From assembly GCA_052147455.1 (NCBI GenBank), contig JBKQKO010000128.1:7548-71547 (forward strand): DNA of 64,000 bases. Reading direction: 5' to 3'. Position 1 is the stretch's first letter; each line of letters starts with the position of its first letter. The notes below the pieces were generated by a model that saw only the letters and a list, made by a program, of their open reading frames with translations, did no database searches and had not been told where the DNA came from. This DNA is from Desulfobaccales bacterium. GTDB taxonomy: Bacteria; Desulfobacterota; Desulfobaccia; Desulfobaccales; 0-14-0-80-60-11. Below, in pieces: positions 30,347 to 38,293 of this stretch. The position numbers and the translations under genes were made by a program.

Positions 30347-30378
30347 GGGCTATTGGATGTTTCCAATAGCCCATTTTA
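30347..30378 (+). terminator. hairpin terminator immediately inside the island left end
   Basis: GGGCTATTGG-atgttt-CCAATAGCCC followed by ATTTTAT. Confidence 0.55.
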
Positions 30379-30380
30379 TG

Positions 30381-30400
30381 TGTCCGTAAACTGTCCGTAA
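30381..30400 (+). repeat. arm-type direct repeats TGTCCGTAA ACTGTCCGTAA (left arm)
   Basis: The same CTGTCCGTA motif is duplicated at 51139-51158, in the same orientation. Confidence 0.75.
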
Positions 30401-30520
30401 GCCCATGGGGATGCGATTGGCACCTTACTGTACCAACCCCAAAGGGGCCAAGTCCTACCACCTGACCCCTGGACATTGCTGATACTGAATTGATTTAAGC
30501 CGAAAACCTGGAAAAAATAA

Positions 30521-30904
30521 TTACATACGCAAATCATTCCGGTGGTAGGCCGTATTGCTGGCCAGGTCCATATTGTCCACCTTGTGGCGGTGGTGGACAC
30601 CAACCTGGTAAGCAAGTACAACCTCTTCATTCTGCAAGCTATCAAGGTCTGGACTGATCCTGAGCGCCAAGGTCGCCGGATGATCCATGCCAATGGGGAT
30701 GGCACCTTCGTGGTCGATGGCAGGACCATCAATCTGAAAAAAAAGATGGTGAAGTGGCAAGCCTTCGTGTGATCCTTTATAGATAATCATCACAAAGAGT
30801 ATTCCCAATAGGCAATCACTTTTCGGCCCAACACGTTTAATTTTGGCAAGTGAGCCGATATTTATCCTTAAAATTGCTAAGGTCTTGATTCCACCCTTAT
30901 ACAC
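30521..30904 (-). CDS. hypothetical ORF (possibly a gene remnant)
   Basis: 127-aa ORF downstream of the enolase-superfamily gene. No motif recognised, and competing ORFs exist on both strands. Confidence 0.25.
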   Translation of the reverse strand: MYKGGIKTLAILRINIGSLAKIKRVGPKSDCLLGILFVMIIYKGSHEGLPLHHLFFQIDGPAIDHEGAIPIGMDHPATLALRISPDLDSLQNEEVVLAYQVGVHHRHKVDNMDLASNTAYHRNDLRM

Positions 30905-30924
30905 ATATCGAGTGGAATTTCGGT

Positions 30925-32040
30925 TTAGTCGATTCGGTACCTCTTAACAGTCTCCAAATCGACTTCAACCCCCAGGCCCGGTCCATTAGGGATGGGGACG
31001 ACCCCATTTTTGATTACGCTTGGGTCACATAGGAGTTCACTACGGAGAGGGTTTGGTGTAGCATCGAGTTCAACAATAATTCCACCTGGTAAGGCCGCGA
31101 AAAGATGCAAAGTTGCTGCGAGACCAATGGCATTGCCAAAGAAATGTGGAGCCCACGGTAGCCCCCAAGCTTCTGCCATGTCACAAATGATTTTCATCTC
31201 AGAAATTCCGCCGGTTTTAGTAACGTCGGGCTGAGCAATGCGGAACAGTTTACCGGAAAATGCCTTCCGGAACCCATCCCGGCAGTAGACATTTTCTCCT
31301 CCAGAAACTGGGATCGGACTGTTGGCAGTGACATAAGCCAGGTGATCGGGTTCCTCACAGGAGCAGGGTTCTTCAAGCCATTCGATGCGGTATTTTGCTA
31401 GGATATCCGCCATTCTCAGCGCCTCTTCTGGCTTCCACCCCATATTGGCATCGATCATCAACTTGCCTTGAGGTCCGATTACCTTCCTGGTTTCACGAAT
31501 ATTCCGCACGTCTGTCTTCTCGCCAAATCCGACTTTGACTTTCACGGACCTGATGCCGAGTTCTATGCTTGCCTCAGCCCGAACTTCGGGGTTTTTTGGA
31601 CCAAGGCCGCTGGCATACACCGGTGCTTCGGATATAAATTTTCCGCCGAGAAGTTCGTAGATCGGCATATTTTTATATTTGCCTAATATGTCCCACAAAG
31701 CTATGTCTGCGCCGCTGATTGCCTGTATTAACTGCCCGCGACAACCTGCCTGAATGCCAATAGTATTTAATTGCCCGTACATTTTGTGCCAAAGGCGGCC
31801 GACATCAAGAGGATTTTCTCCTATTAAGAGGGGTTCGATGGCTTTGGCTATTGTTTTTTTCCGCTCCTCAAGAGCCCAGTATGGATGGTTTACAAAACTT
31901 TCCCCCCATCCTTCGATACCTGCGTCCGTCGTGATGTGAACCAGGCAGCTTTTCCTGTGCGTCATCAGGCCGAATGAGAAACTGAGAGGTTCTTGCAACG
32001 GAACTGCGAGGCTGATGGTCTCAACCTTGATTATTTTCAT
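30925..32040 (-). CDS. mandelate racemase / muconate lactonizing enzyme family (enolase superfamily) protein
   Basis: 371 aa with GIEGWGE, KVKVG, IDANMGW and WLEEP metal-ligand and barrel motifs. Confidence 0.85.
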   Translation of the reverse strand: MKIIKVETISLAVPLQEPLSFSFGLMTHRKSCLVHITTDAGIEGWGESFVNHPYWALEERKKTIAKAIEPLLIGENPLDVGRLWHKMYGQLNTIGIQAGCRGQLIQAISGADIALWDILGKYKNMPIYELLGGKFISEAPVYASGLGPKNPEVRAEASIELGIRSVKVKVGFGEKTDVRNIRETRKVIGPQGKLMIDANMGWKPEEALRMADILAKYRIEWLEEPCSCEEPDHLAYVTANSPIPVSGGENVYCRDGFRKAFSGKLFRIAQPDVTKTGGISEMKIICDMAEAWGLPWAPHFFGNAIGLAATLHLFAALPGGIIVELDATPNPLRSELLCDPSVIKNGVVPIPNGPGLGVEVDLETVKRYRID

Positions 32041-32057
32041 TTCATTTTACCCCTTCC

Positions 32058-32771
32058 TTAATGCTTCTCCGCTTCCGTCCAGATTGGCCTTAAGGGCCCG
32101 GTAACAAAAGTGAAAGAAGCCGCACCCAGAAGTGCGACTATACACATCATTAGAAAGGCCATCTCAAATGACCCGGTGCGCGTCACAATGATGCCGGTAA
32201 GGATGGGGGCGAGAACTCCGCCCCCAAACATTCCTGCGGTATTCATGATCCCGCCGATCGAACCCACATAGTCCGTTGCCGGTGCAATATCGGTAGGCGT
32301 CGCCCAAATACATCCATAAGCCATCCTCATGATAAATGCCGTAAGACAGAGAAGGGCAACGGCCATAAAGGGAGTATGCGCTCGTCCGACTGCAAATATA
32401 GAGATGGCGCCACCGATCATGCCGACACAGATAGGAATTTTTCTGGCAACCGCCAGACTCATCTTCCGGCGTACCATGGCATCAGACCAGGACCCGCCGA
32501 TCAAGCCGCCGATCAGACCTGCGATACCCGGCAACATTCCATAAATTCCCATTTTTATAATTGAAAAGTGCTGTGCTCTAACCAGGTAGGTGGGAAGCCA
32601 GGTATAGAAGAAGGCATACACAAATGGATAACAGAAATATCCGAGGGTAATTCCCCAGACTTGACGGTGCTTAAATAAAGAAAACCAGGATACATTCATT
32701 GAAGATGGCGTCGATAGTTTAGAGGCATCGGGGTGAATTGCAATTTCATCAACCTGTTCAATATAATCTAA
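32058..32771 (-). pseudogene. MFS transporter (ACS/hexuronate-galactonate type), C-terminal half, split by IS insertion
   Basis: Six-TM half starting ...DYIEQVDEIAIHPDASKLSTPSSMNVSWFSLFKHRQVWG. It joins in frame to 35680-36320 once the insertion is removed. Confidence 0.85.
32764..32771. repeat. 8-bp target site duplication TAATCTAA (left copy)
   Basis: Identical octamer at 35680-35687, directly abutting both terminal inverted repeats. Confidence 0.85.
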
Positions 32772-32794
32772 GGCGATTATCAGCTTGACACAGT
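32772..32794 (+). repeat. terminal inverted repeat (left) GGCGATTATCAGCTTGACACAGT
   Basis: The reverse complement of 35657-35679 is GGCGATTATCCGCTTGACAAAGT. Confidence 0.9.
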
Positions 32795-32963
32795 AAACCT
32801 AAAAAGTTTGCACGCAAATTGGAGGTTTTGCGTGAAGGTCGGAGCGAAGGAAAGTTTACCACGCCAAGGTGAACTTGACAAAAACTTTCCTTCATGGGAA
32901 GGTAATTTAAAATCAGGCGCATTGATTGAGTCTCTTTCTGGTAGCGGCAAAAGGTATATAACC

Positions 32964-33659
32964 GTGCTTGAAGCCTATTTGGATGAAAGTGGGACTCATG
33001 TTGGAGCAAATTTGCTTTGTGTCGCTGCATATGTAGGAAACCGCAAAGAATGGCTTGCCTTTGAGGAAAAATGGCAAAAGGAAATTGATAGAGCTAAATT
33101 ATCTTGTTTCCATGCCAAAGAACCGAAAAGTAGGCTTTTAAAACTACCCCTAATAGAAGCGATTGAAAATCGTAATTTTACTGGTTTCATTTGCTCTGTC
33201 CGACCAGAAGTTTTTAACCTTCATGCAGGGCCACAATATAGAAGTAGCTTAGGTAATGCGTATTCAGCTTGTACTCTTACTGTTGCAAAAGGTGTATTTG
33301 ACTTAACAAAGGATAAGAAATTAGGACCAATATTGTTTTACATAGAAGATGGTCAACCCAATGCTAGATTTGTTGAGCGAACCTTAAGATTATTGTTAAA
33401 TAATCGCCAATTTCCTGTGGCCGGTGTATTTCTTGGAAGAAAAGATGAATTTTTACCCCTTCAAACAGCAGATTTTTTAGCACATTCATATGCCATTAAG
33501 GATCAACCTTGGCTTGATTTATTGCTTCGGCGGCGAAAAGTCCACGGCGGGGAAATGACAGCGGAACACTTAATCAATGCATCAAGGGAAATTAAAAAGC
33601 TAATAAGTCGGCAGCGGAACATAAGGCGTAAAGCAAATAGAGGAAGGATTGAAATCTAA
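32964..33659 (+). CDS. DUF3800-like protein (passenger gene A)
   Basis: The N-terminal YLDESG and C-terminal LPLQTADFLAH motifs match my recollection of DUF3800 (DESG ... QxAD). I propose the GTG at 32964. The ORF is open from 32808, so the start is uncertain. Confidence 0.65.
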   Translation: MLEAYLDESGTHVGANLLCVAAYVGNRKEWLAFEEKWQKEIDRAKLSCFHAKEPKSRLLKLPLIEAIENRNFTGFICSVRPEVFNLHAGPQYRSSLGNAYSACTLTVAKGVFDLTKDKKLGPILFYIEDGQPNARFVERTLRLLLNNRQFPVAGVFLGRKDEFLPLQTADFLAHSYAIKDQPWLDLLLRRRKVHGGEMTAEHLINASREIKKLISRQRNIRRKANRGRIEI

Positions 33660-33692
33660 AGTTTATTTTGACTATAATTTTGGAGCTTACTT

Positions 33693-34193
33693 ATGTTCGA
33701 AAGGATTAAGACGTTTTATAAGGGTGTCAAAGGTGATCTAGCAATCAATAAAATTAATAGGCAATCTAATTTAGTTATGACCGGAGTGGGTATTATATTA
33801 CTTTGTGAATTCATAGAGGAAATGGGATTTGATAAAGCGCAAGTATTGGCCGCCCAAGTCGTAAACTACCTTCAAGGCTATGATATAGATAGAATGATTC
33901 TTGAATCAGAAGAGCCATTAAAATCACGGATTATTGCTGTAAAAGATATCGTGAAGGACCGGGCAATCAAGGTTATGGATAATAAAGGTGAAATAAAAGA
34001 AATGGTTGTCCATGAACTAAGGGTCCACAAAACACTAAGGTATTTGGGTATTGAAAATCCCATTCCTTCAGAAATAGAGCAGGTTGATTTTCTGCTTAAT
34101 AAATATGAAACAGATATTGATTATGATACATATAATTTCGTGGCTAGTATTTTTTGGGGGCGTGTTAAAAAAGCAGGGGGAAAGACAAAATGA
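33693..34193 (+). CDS. hypothetical 166-aa protein (passenger gene B), one hydrophobic segment
   Basis: TGGAG SD 7 nt upstream of the ATG. Hydrophobic stretch LVMTGVGIILLCEFI. No family recognised. Confidence 0.6.
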   Translation: MFERIKTFYKGVKGDLAINKINRQSNLVMTGVGIILLCEFIEEMGFDKAQVLAAQVVNYLQGYDIDRMILESEEPLKSRIIAVKDIVKDRAIKVMDNKGEIKEMVVHELRVHKTLRYLGIENPIPSEIEQVDFLLNKYETDIDYDTYNFVASIFWGRVKKAGGKTK

Positions 34194-34366
34194 GCACTCA
34201 ATTGCAAAGCAAAAAGGAAATTCTCAAAGACAGGGTGGTTACTTTGGTCAAGGAGTTTGTACAAGCCGAGGGCGGCATAACACTCGTGGATATTGAAGCC
34301 CTTTTTGGGCATAATCCCCACTACGAGGTTATTGCTGCTCTCTACCAAACACTTAGGCTTACTTAA
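34190..34366 (+). CDS. hypothetical 58-aa protein (passenger gene C)
   Basis: ATGA overlap with the stop of gene B. Sequence MSTQLQSKKEILKDRVVTLVKEFVQAEGGITLVDIEALFGHNPHYEVIAALYQTLRLT. Below the ORF-track cutoff. Possibly winged-helix-like. Confidence 0.5.
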   Translation: MSTQLQSKKEILKDRVVTLVKEFVQAEGGITLVDIEALFGHNPHYEVIAALYQTLRLT

Positions 34367-34372
34367 CTTAGG

Positions 34373-34573
34373 TCATTGTTGCGGGTACATTTTTTCGTAA
34401 AACCGCAACATAAGGTCTTTAATTTCATTGAGCCTGCGACCAGAAATAGTGAAAGCGCAATCTCCGCGAGCTTGTTTTGCGCCACCCATATATAGGGCGC
34501 AATTGGGGTCACATTTATCCTTAAAGGGACATGATCTATCTTCAAAGGTACACAAATCGTCATTGACAGCCAT
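34373..34573 (-). CDS. Cys-rich 66-aa protein (passenger gene D)
   Basis: AAGGAGA SD 10 nt upstream. Cysteine spacing CTFEDRSCPFKDKCDPNCALY...GDCAF (C-x7-C-x5-C-x3-C-x13-C). Lies downstream of the transposase on the same strand. Confidence 0.5.
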   Translation of the reverse strand: MAVNDDLCTFEDRSCPFKDKCDPNCALYMGGAKQARGDCAFTISGRRLNEIKDLMLRFYEKMYPQQ

Positions 34574-34672
34574 GGCTTCTCGTCTCCTTAGATATGTGAT
34601 TCGGCAAAATCAGCATACCATAGAGATAGACGGGAAGCCATGGGGTTTTAACGAGGCAATTTCATCTTGCCC

Positions 34673-35554
34673 TTAGAAAGTCGTTTTCAGGACCTCATCC
34701 ATGATATTGAAGTTATCCCGGTTGTTGAACCGGAAAGTGAACTCATTCAGATACAAGGGCAGATACTTAGCGGAAACCTTATGAAAGACGCCGGTAATGC
34801 CACGCTTGAAAAGGGACCAAACATTCTCAATTCCGTTTGTATGAATATTCCCGGCCTTCACATAGGTCATTCTATGGTTTACGGTATTGTGAACAAATTC
34901 AGAGGCGTCAATCCAGCAATAGGATTTAAACTCATCGGTATGAATTTCGGCCCCAGGCGCGGCATAATTGCGGATGAAAGCCGCAAGGGTGCTTTTCTTA
35001 ACGTTACTCACCGCTTTCAAGAGGATTTTACCCGATGTCCGCTCTTTTATTCCAACTACGGGAACTTTATTGGCGGCTCCGCGCCCGGATGGACCTTTTG
35101 CTTTGCCACCTATATAAGTCTCGTCAACTTCGCAAATCCCGGCGAACTTCTGACAAAAATCCTCATCTTCCTGCATAGCCAAGCGGATACGATGAGCCAT
35201 ATACCAAGCGGCCTCATAGCCGGTAGAAAGATGGCGTTGAAGATGCTTGGCAGAAACTCCCTTCTTGGCGGAGCAAATCAGGAAGATCGCCAGGAACCAC
35301 TTGGTAAGTGGCAAGTGGGAATCGTGAAAGACCGTTCCACTAGTGATCGAATATTGATAACGGCAATCCTTGCACTCGTACAGATGGCGCACCTTGCCGG
35401 TCTTGCCCTTGGCGTCAAACTTCATCACCCGAGGGCTACCGCACTTGACACAGACGAGACCTTGCGGCCAGCGAATCCGTTCAAAGTGCGCGATGCACTT
35501 TTCTTCGGTATCGAACCGCTTGACGATCTCGAAAAGGGAAGGTGGTTTGTTCAT
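34673..35554 (-). CDS. IS1595 family (ISXO2-like) transposase
   Basis: N-terminal zinc ribbon CVKCGS...CKDCRYQYS, HLPLTKWF and EVDETYIGGK. AAGGAG SD. Confidence 0.9.
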   Translation of the reverse strand: MNKPPSLFEIVKRFDTEEKCIAHFERIRWPQGLVCVKCGSPRVMKFDAKGKTGKVRHLYECKDCRYQYSITSGTVFHDSHLPLTKWFLAIFLICSAKKGVSAKHLQRHLSTGYEAAWYMAHRIRLAMQEDEDFCQKFAGICEVDETYIGGKAKGPSGRGAANKVPVVGIKERTSGKILLKAVSNVKKSTLAAFIRNYAAPGAEIHTDEFKSYCWIDASEFVHNTVNHRMTYVKAGNIHTNGIENVWSLFKRGITGVFHKVSAKYLPLYLNEFTFRFNNRDNFNIMDEVLKTTF

Positions 35555-35656
35555 GGCTTGCTCCTTATCCTGGTTTCTACCTATATCTATCTCTCTACGC
35601 GGGCGAGGTTTTATAGATATAGATAGCTGATAGTCTATATATAATACAGGAAATTC

Positions 35657-35679
35657 ACTTTGTCAAGCGGATAATCGCC
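35657..35679 (-). repeat. terminal inverted repeat (right)
   Basis: ACTTTGTCAAGCGGATAATCGCC on the plus strand. Confidence 0.9.
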
Positions 35680-35687
35680 TAATCTAA
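35680..35687. repeat. 8-bp target site duplication TAATCTAA (right copy)
   Basis: See 32764-32771. Confidence 0.85.
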
Positions 35688-36320
35688 TTCTTTTTTAGAT
35701 AACCTCTTATGCTTCCGGGGTTCGTCATAGAGCCACCACCAACCGATGGCCCACAACAAACTAATGGCAGCAAAAGCATAAAAAACCTGGCGCCAGCCAA
35801 AGGTAAAGAGTAACCAGGCAGCCAGGGGCATGCCGATAATGATGCCACCGTCATTTCCCAAGGCGTAAAGTGCGCTGGCAGTGGCGCGCTCCTGCTTTGG
35901 GAACCAGGCCCGGACCGTGTGTGCCGCTGCGGGAAAATTAGGAGCCTCGCCAGCTCCCAGCAGAATGCGTGCACCCATTAAACTCTTGAATCCGATGGAT
36001 AAACCGCTCGCCAAGGTGGCTATGGCCCACCAGATGCCTACTAATGTAAAAGTTCTCCGGGGTTTCCACTTGTCCACCAGAATACCGCCGGGGATATTAC
36101 CGGCCACATAGGTCCAGAAGAAGGCGGATATGACGATGCCCATCATTGTGGGGTCCAATCCCAGGTTTTTAGCGATAACAGGCACAGTCACCGCTAAATT
36201 TACGCGGTCCGCTGACTGGATAGTGATACCCAGAAAAAGCATTATTCCGATTGCCCAGCGAAACTTGGGGATCCGTTCTAAATGGTCCTTTACCACGGCC
36301 TCGCTGACTGCGTTGCTCAT
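35680..36320 (-). pseudogene. MFS transporter, N-terminal half, split by IS insertion
   Basis: Six-TM half with GGILVDKWKPRR and the GAGEAPNFPA motif. It ends ...LSKKELD at the IS junction, where a TAG is created across the TIR boundary. Confidence 0.85.
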
Positions 36321-36397
36321 AATAGGCTCCTTCTTATGAGATAGCTATACCGGGCGCCGGATTTGGGATTGCCACCCTGGCGTGGCTAAAGTTGAGA

Positions 36398-36636
36398 CTA
36401 GATCACCTGGCTAATGTGCACCACCTTATAGCGTGCTCCCTCAGCACCTGCTCTAGATAATTGGATCAGGCAGGCAGGACATTCGGTCGCAATGACGTCG
36501 GCCCCGGTTTTGCGAAAGGCGGCATTCTTTTCAGCCAGAATCTTTCTCGACTCTTGGGGAAAATCGAGGTAAAAGGTCCCCGCGCCACCGCAGCACATGT
36601 CCACCTTGGCCGATTCGACGAAATTCCCCGCCTTTC
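36398..36636 (-). pseudogene. C-terminal fragment of a CCG-domain (Fe-S)-binding oxidoreductase (GlcF/LutA-like), truncated by IS3
   Basis: ...FVESAKVDMCCGGAGTFYL...TGADVIATECPACLIQL. The reading frame runs straight into the IS end at 36637, and the 5' part is absent on the far side. Confidence 0.7.
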
Positions 36637-36749
36637 TGACCTGTCCCCAGTAGTTGTACCAAGTTTTAAGTTAGGAGGGGGTTAAGTTGGAGATGCCCCC
36701 AGCTTGGGACCATTTTGAGTGAGAAAATTCAGCTTCTTTTGGGGTTCCT

Positions 36750-37609
36750 TCACCCTGCCAGCCCCCCGGGGGGCTGGCCCGTCTGGAGACCGGTTGCCCT
36801 TCCGTCTTGGATTAGAGCCTGATGCTCCGCGGGAGACTTATATCCCAGGCTGCTGTGGGGCCGTTCTTCATTGTAGTGAAAACGCCAAGCATTGACCTTA
36901 TCTGTAGCATCTTCCAAGCTCAAAAACCAGTGCTCGTTCAAGCACTCCTGGCGAAAACGGCTGTTGAACGCTTCGATGAAGGCATTGTCCGTGGGCTTGC
37001 CAGGCCGGGAAAAATCTAGGACCACCCTATGGGCATAGGCCCATAGGTCTACCTCCTTGGAGATGAACTCCGGGCCATTGTCCACCCGGATACGCTCCGG
37101 CACCCCATATTGGGCCACTGCCAGGTTGAGGGCCGAGACCACATCATAGCCTTTGTAGCGGAATTCCACCCCGATAAAGGGACTAACACGGCTAAAGTTA
37201 TCGACTATCGTTAAGAGCCGCAAGCGTTTGCCGTCGAAGAGCTCATCGGCCATAAAATCCTGGACCAACACTGATTGGGACGAGTAGCATCCGTCCGGTC
37301 TTCCCGCAGTTGGGCGCTGACCCGGCGCCGGGGAGGCTTGTGGCGCATCTGCAAACCCTCCTGGCAATAGAGTCGATAGACCCGCTTATGGTTGACTACC
37401 CAGCCCTCCCGCTGCAGGAGGGTGTGAATCCGCCGGTAGCCATAACGAACCCGGACTGCAGCAATCTCTTTGATCCGTTGTCTCAGGGGTGCCTGCTCAG
37501 ACTTGCGGGACCGGTAGTAGAAGGTGGAGCGGGGACCGGGAAGCGTCTGGGAGGCCCGCCGGATGCTCACCTGGTAGCAGGTTCGCAAGAGCTCCACCAT
37601 GGCCCGCAC
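36750..37609 (-). pseudogene. IS3 transposase orfB (DDE/rve integrase core), carries an internal frameshift near 37350
   Basis: ...RPNQCWS in one frame and DFMADELFDGKRLRLLTIVDNFSR...RVDNGPEF...YNEERPHSSLGY in another. Confidence 0.8.
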
Positions 37610-37626
37610 CTGGGCAGGCTTTAGAG

Positions 37627-37633
37627 CTTTTTT
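37627..37633 (-). promoter_or_regulatory. IS3 programmed -1 frameshift heptamer A AAA AAG
   Basis: Minus strand reads CGAAAAAAGCTCTAA. The -1 frame continues KKALKPAQVRAMVELL. Confidence 0.7.
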
Positions 37634-37657
37634 CGGATCACCTCCTGGAGCATTTCC

Positions 37658-37918
37658 TTATCCAGGGAGAGATCGGCCACCAGCCGGCGCAGCCGGGCCA
37701 TTCTCCTCCTCAAACTGCTTGAGCTTGCGGACCTCCGAGGGCATCAGGCCCCCATACTTCTTCTTCCAACGGTAAAAAGTCTGCTCGCTGATGCCCATCT
37801 TGCGGGTGACCTCGGCCACCTGCGTCCCTTGCTCAGCCTGCTGCAGGGCAAAGGCAATCTGCTGCTCGGTAAATCGGGGCCGCTTCATCGAGAAAATCCT
37901 CCTTGCCAGATTTTTCAT
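37658..37918 (-). pseudogene. IS3 transposase orfA (HTH), disrupted by a 1-nt insertion near 37697
   Basis: MKRPRFTEQQIAFALQQAEQGTQVAEVTRKMGISEQTFYRWKKKYGG...LKQFEEEN. The expected ARLRRLVADLSLDKEMLQEVIRKKL is only readable after skipping one G. Confidence 0.75.
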
Positions 37919-38293
37919 CTTAGCAAAATTCTCTCATTATGAATGGTCCAGTTTTCGGGGAGCAGACCATCGGCAAGGGAAAAGAGTACCTCAGCATCCG
38001 GCAGGGCATTAAGTCAATCTAATAATGGCTGTTTTGGTTTGAGTACAGCTATTGAGCGGTTAATGGAGTACATTTGGCCTACTTCGATAACTACTACCTG
38101 GATTAATTATCTTGCTGAAATATGGGTATTTGTTAATTTTATATTAAGTATTTCCCTGTATGTCTTTTGGGATAGGCACCTCAATATAAATATCTTAGAT
38201 GAACTATTTATCTGAGATTTTGGGGTGCCTATATTTCAATTACAAATTACACAAAACAATGATCCGGCTTTCGGAGAACTATCAAACTGCCCT

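Larger units (their letters stand above)
32772..35679 (-). mobile_element. IS1595-family passenger-carrying IS (transporter IS), 2908 bp
   Basis: 23-bp TIRs (21/23 identical), 8-bp TSD, an ISXO2/IS1595-type transposase and four non-transposase ORFs. The insertion interrupts an MFS ORF precisely. Confidence 0.85.
36637..37969 (-). mobile_element. IS3-family (IS407-like) insertion sequence, inactivated by frameshifts
   Basis: Ends TGACCTGTCCCCAGTAGTTGTACC... and ...GGGGAGCAGACCA (imperfect IR). orfA/orfB organisation with an A AAA AAG slippery site. No clear TSD. Confidence 0.8.

Noticed and set aside
34667-35626. A 319-aa plus-strand ORF covering the IS1595 transposase region.
   Set aside because: It is antisense to an ORF with clear transposase motifs (zinc ribbon, DETYIGGK) and an AAGGAG SD, and its own translation has no recognisable features.
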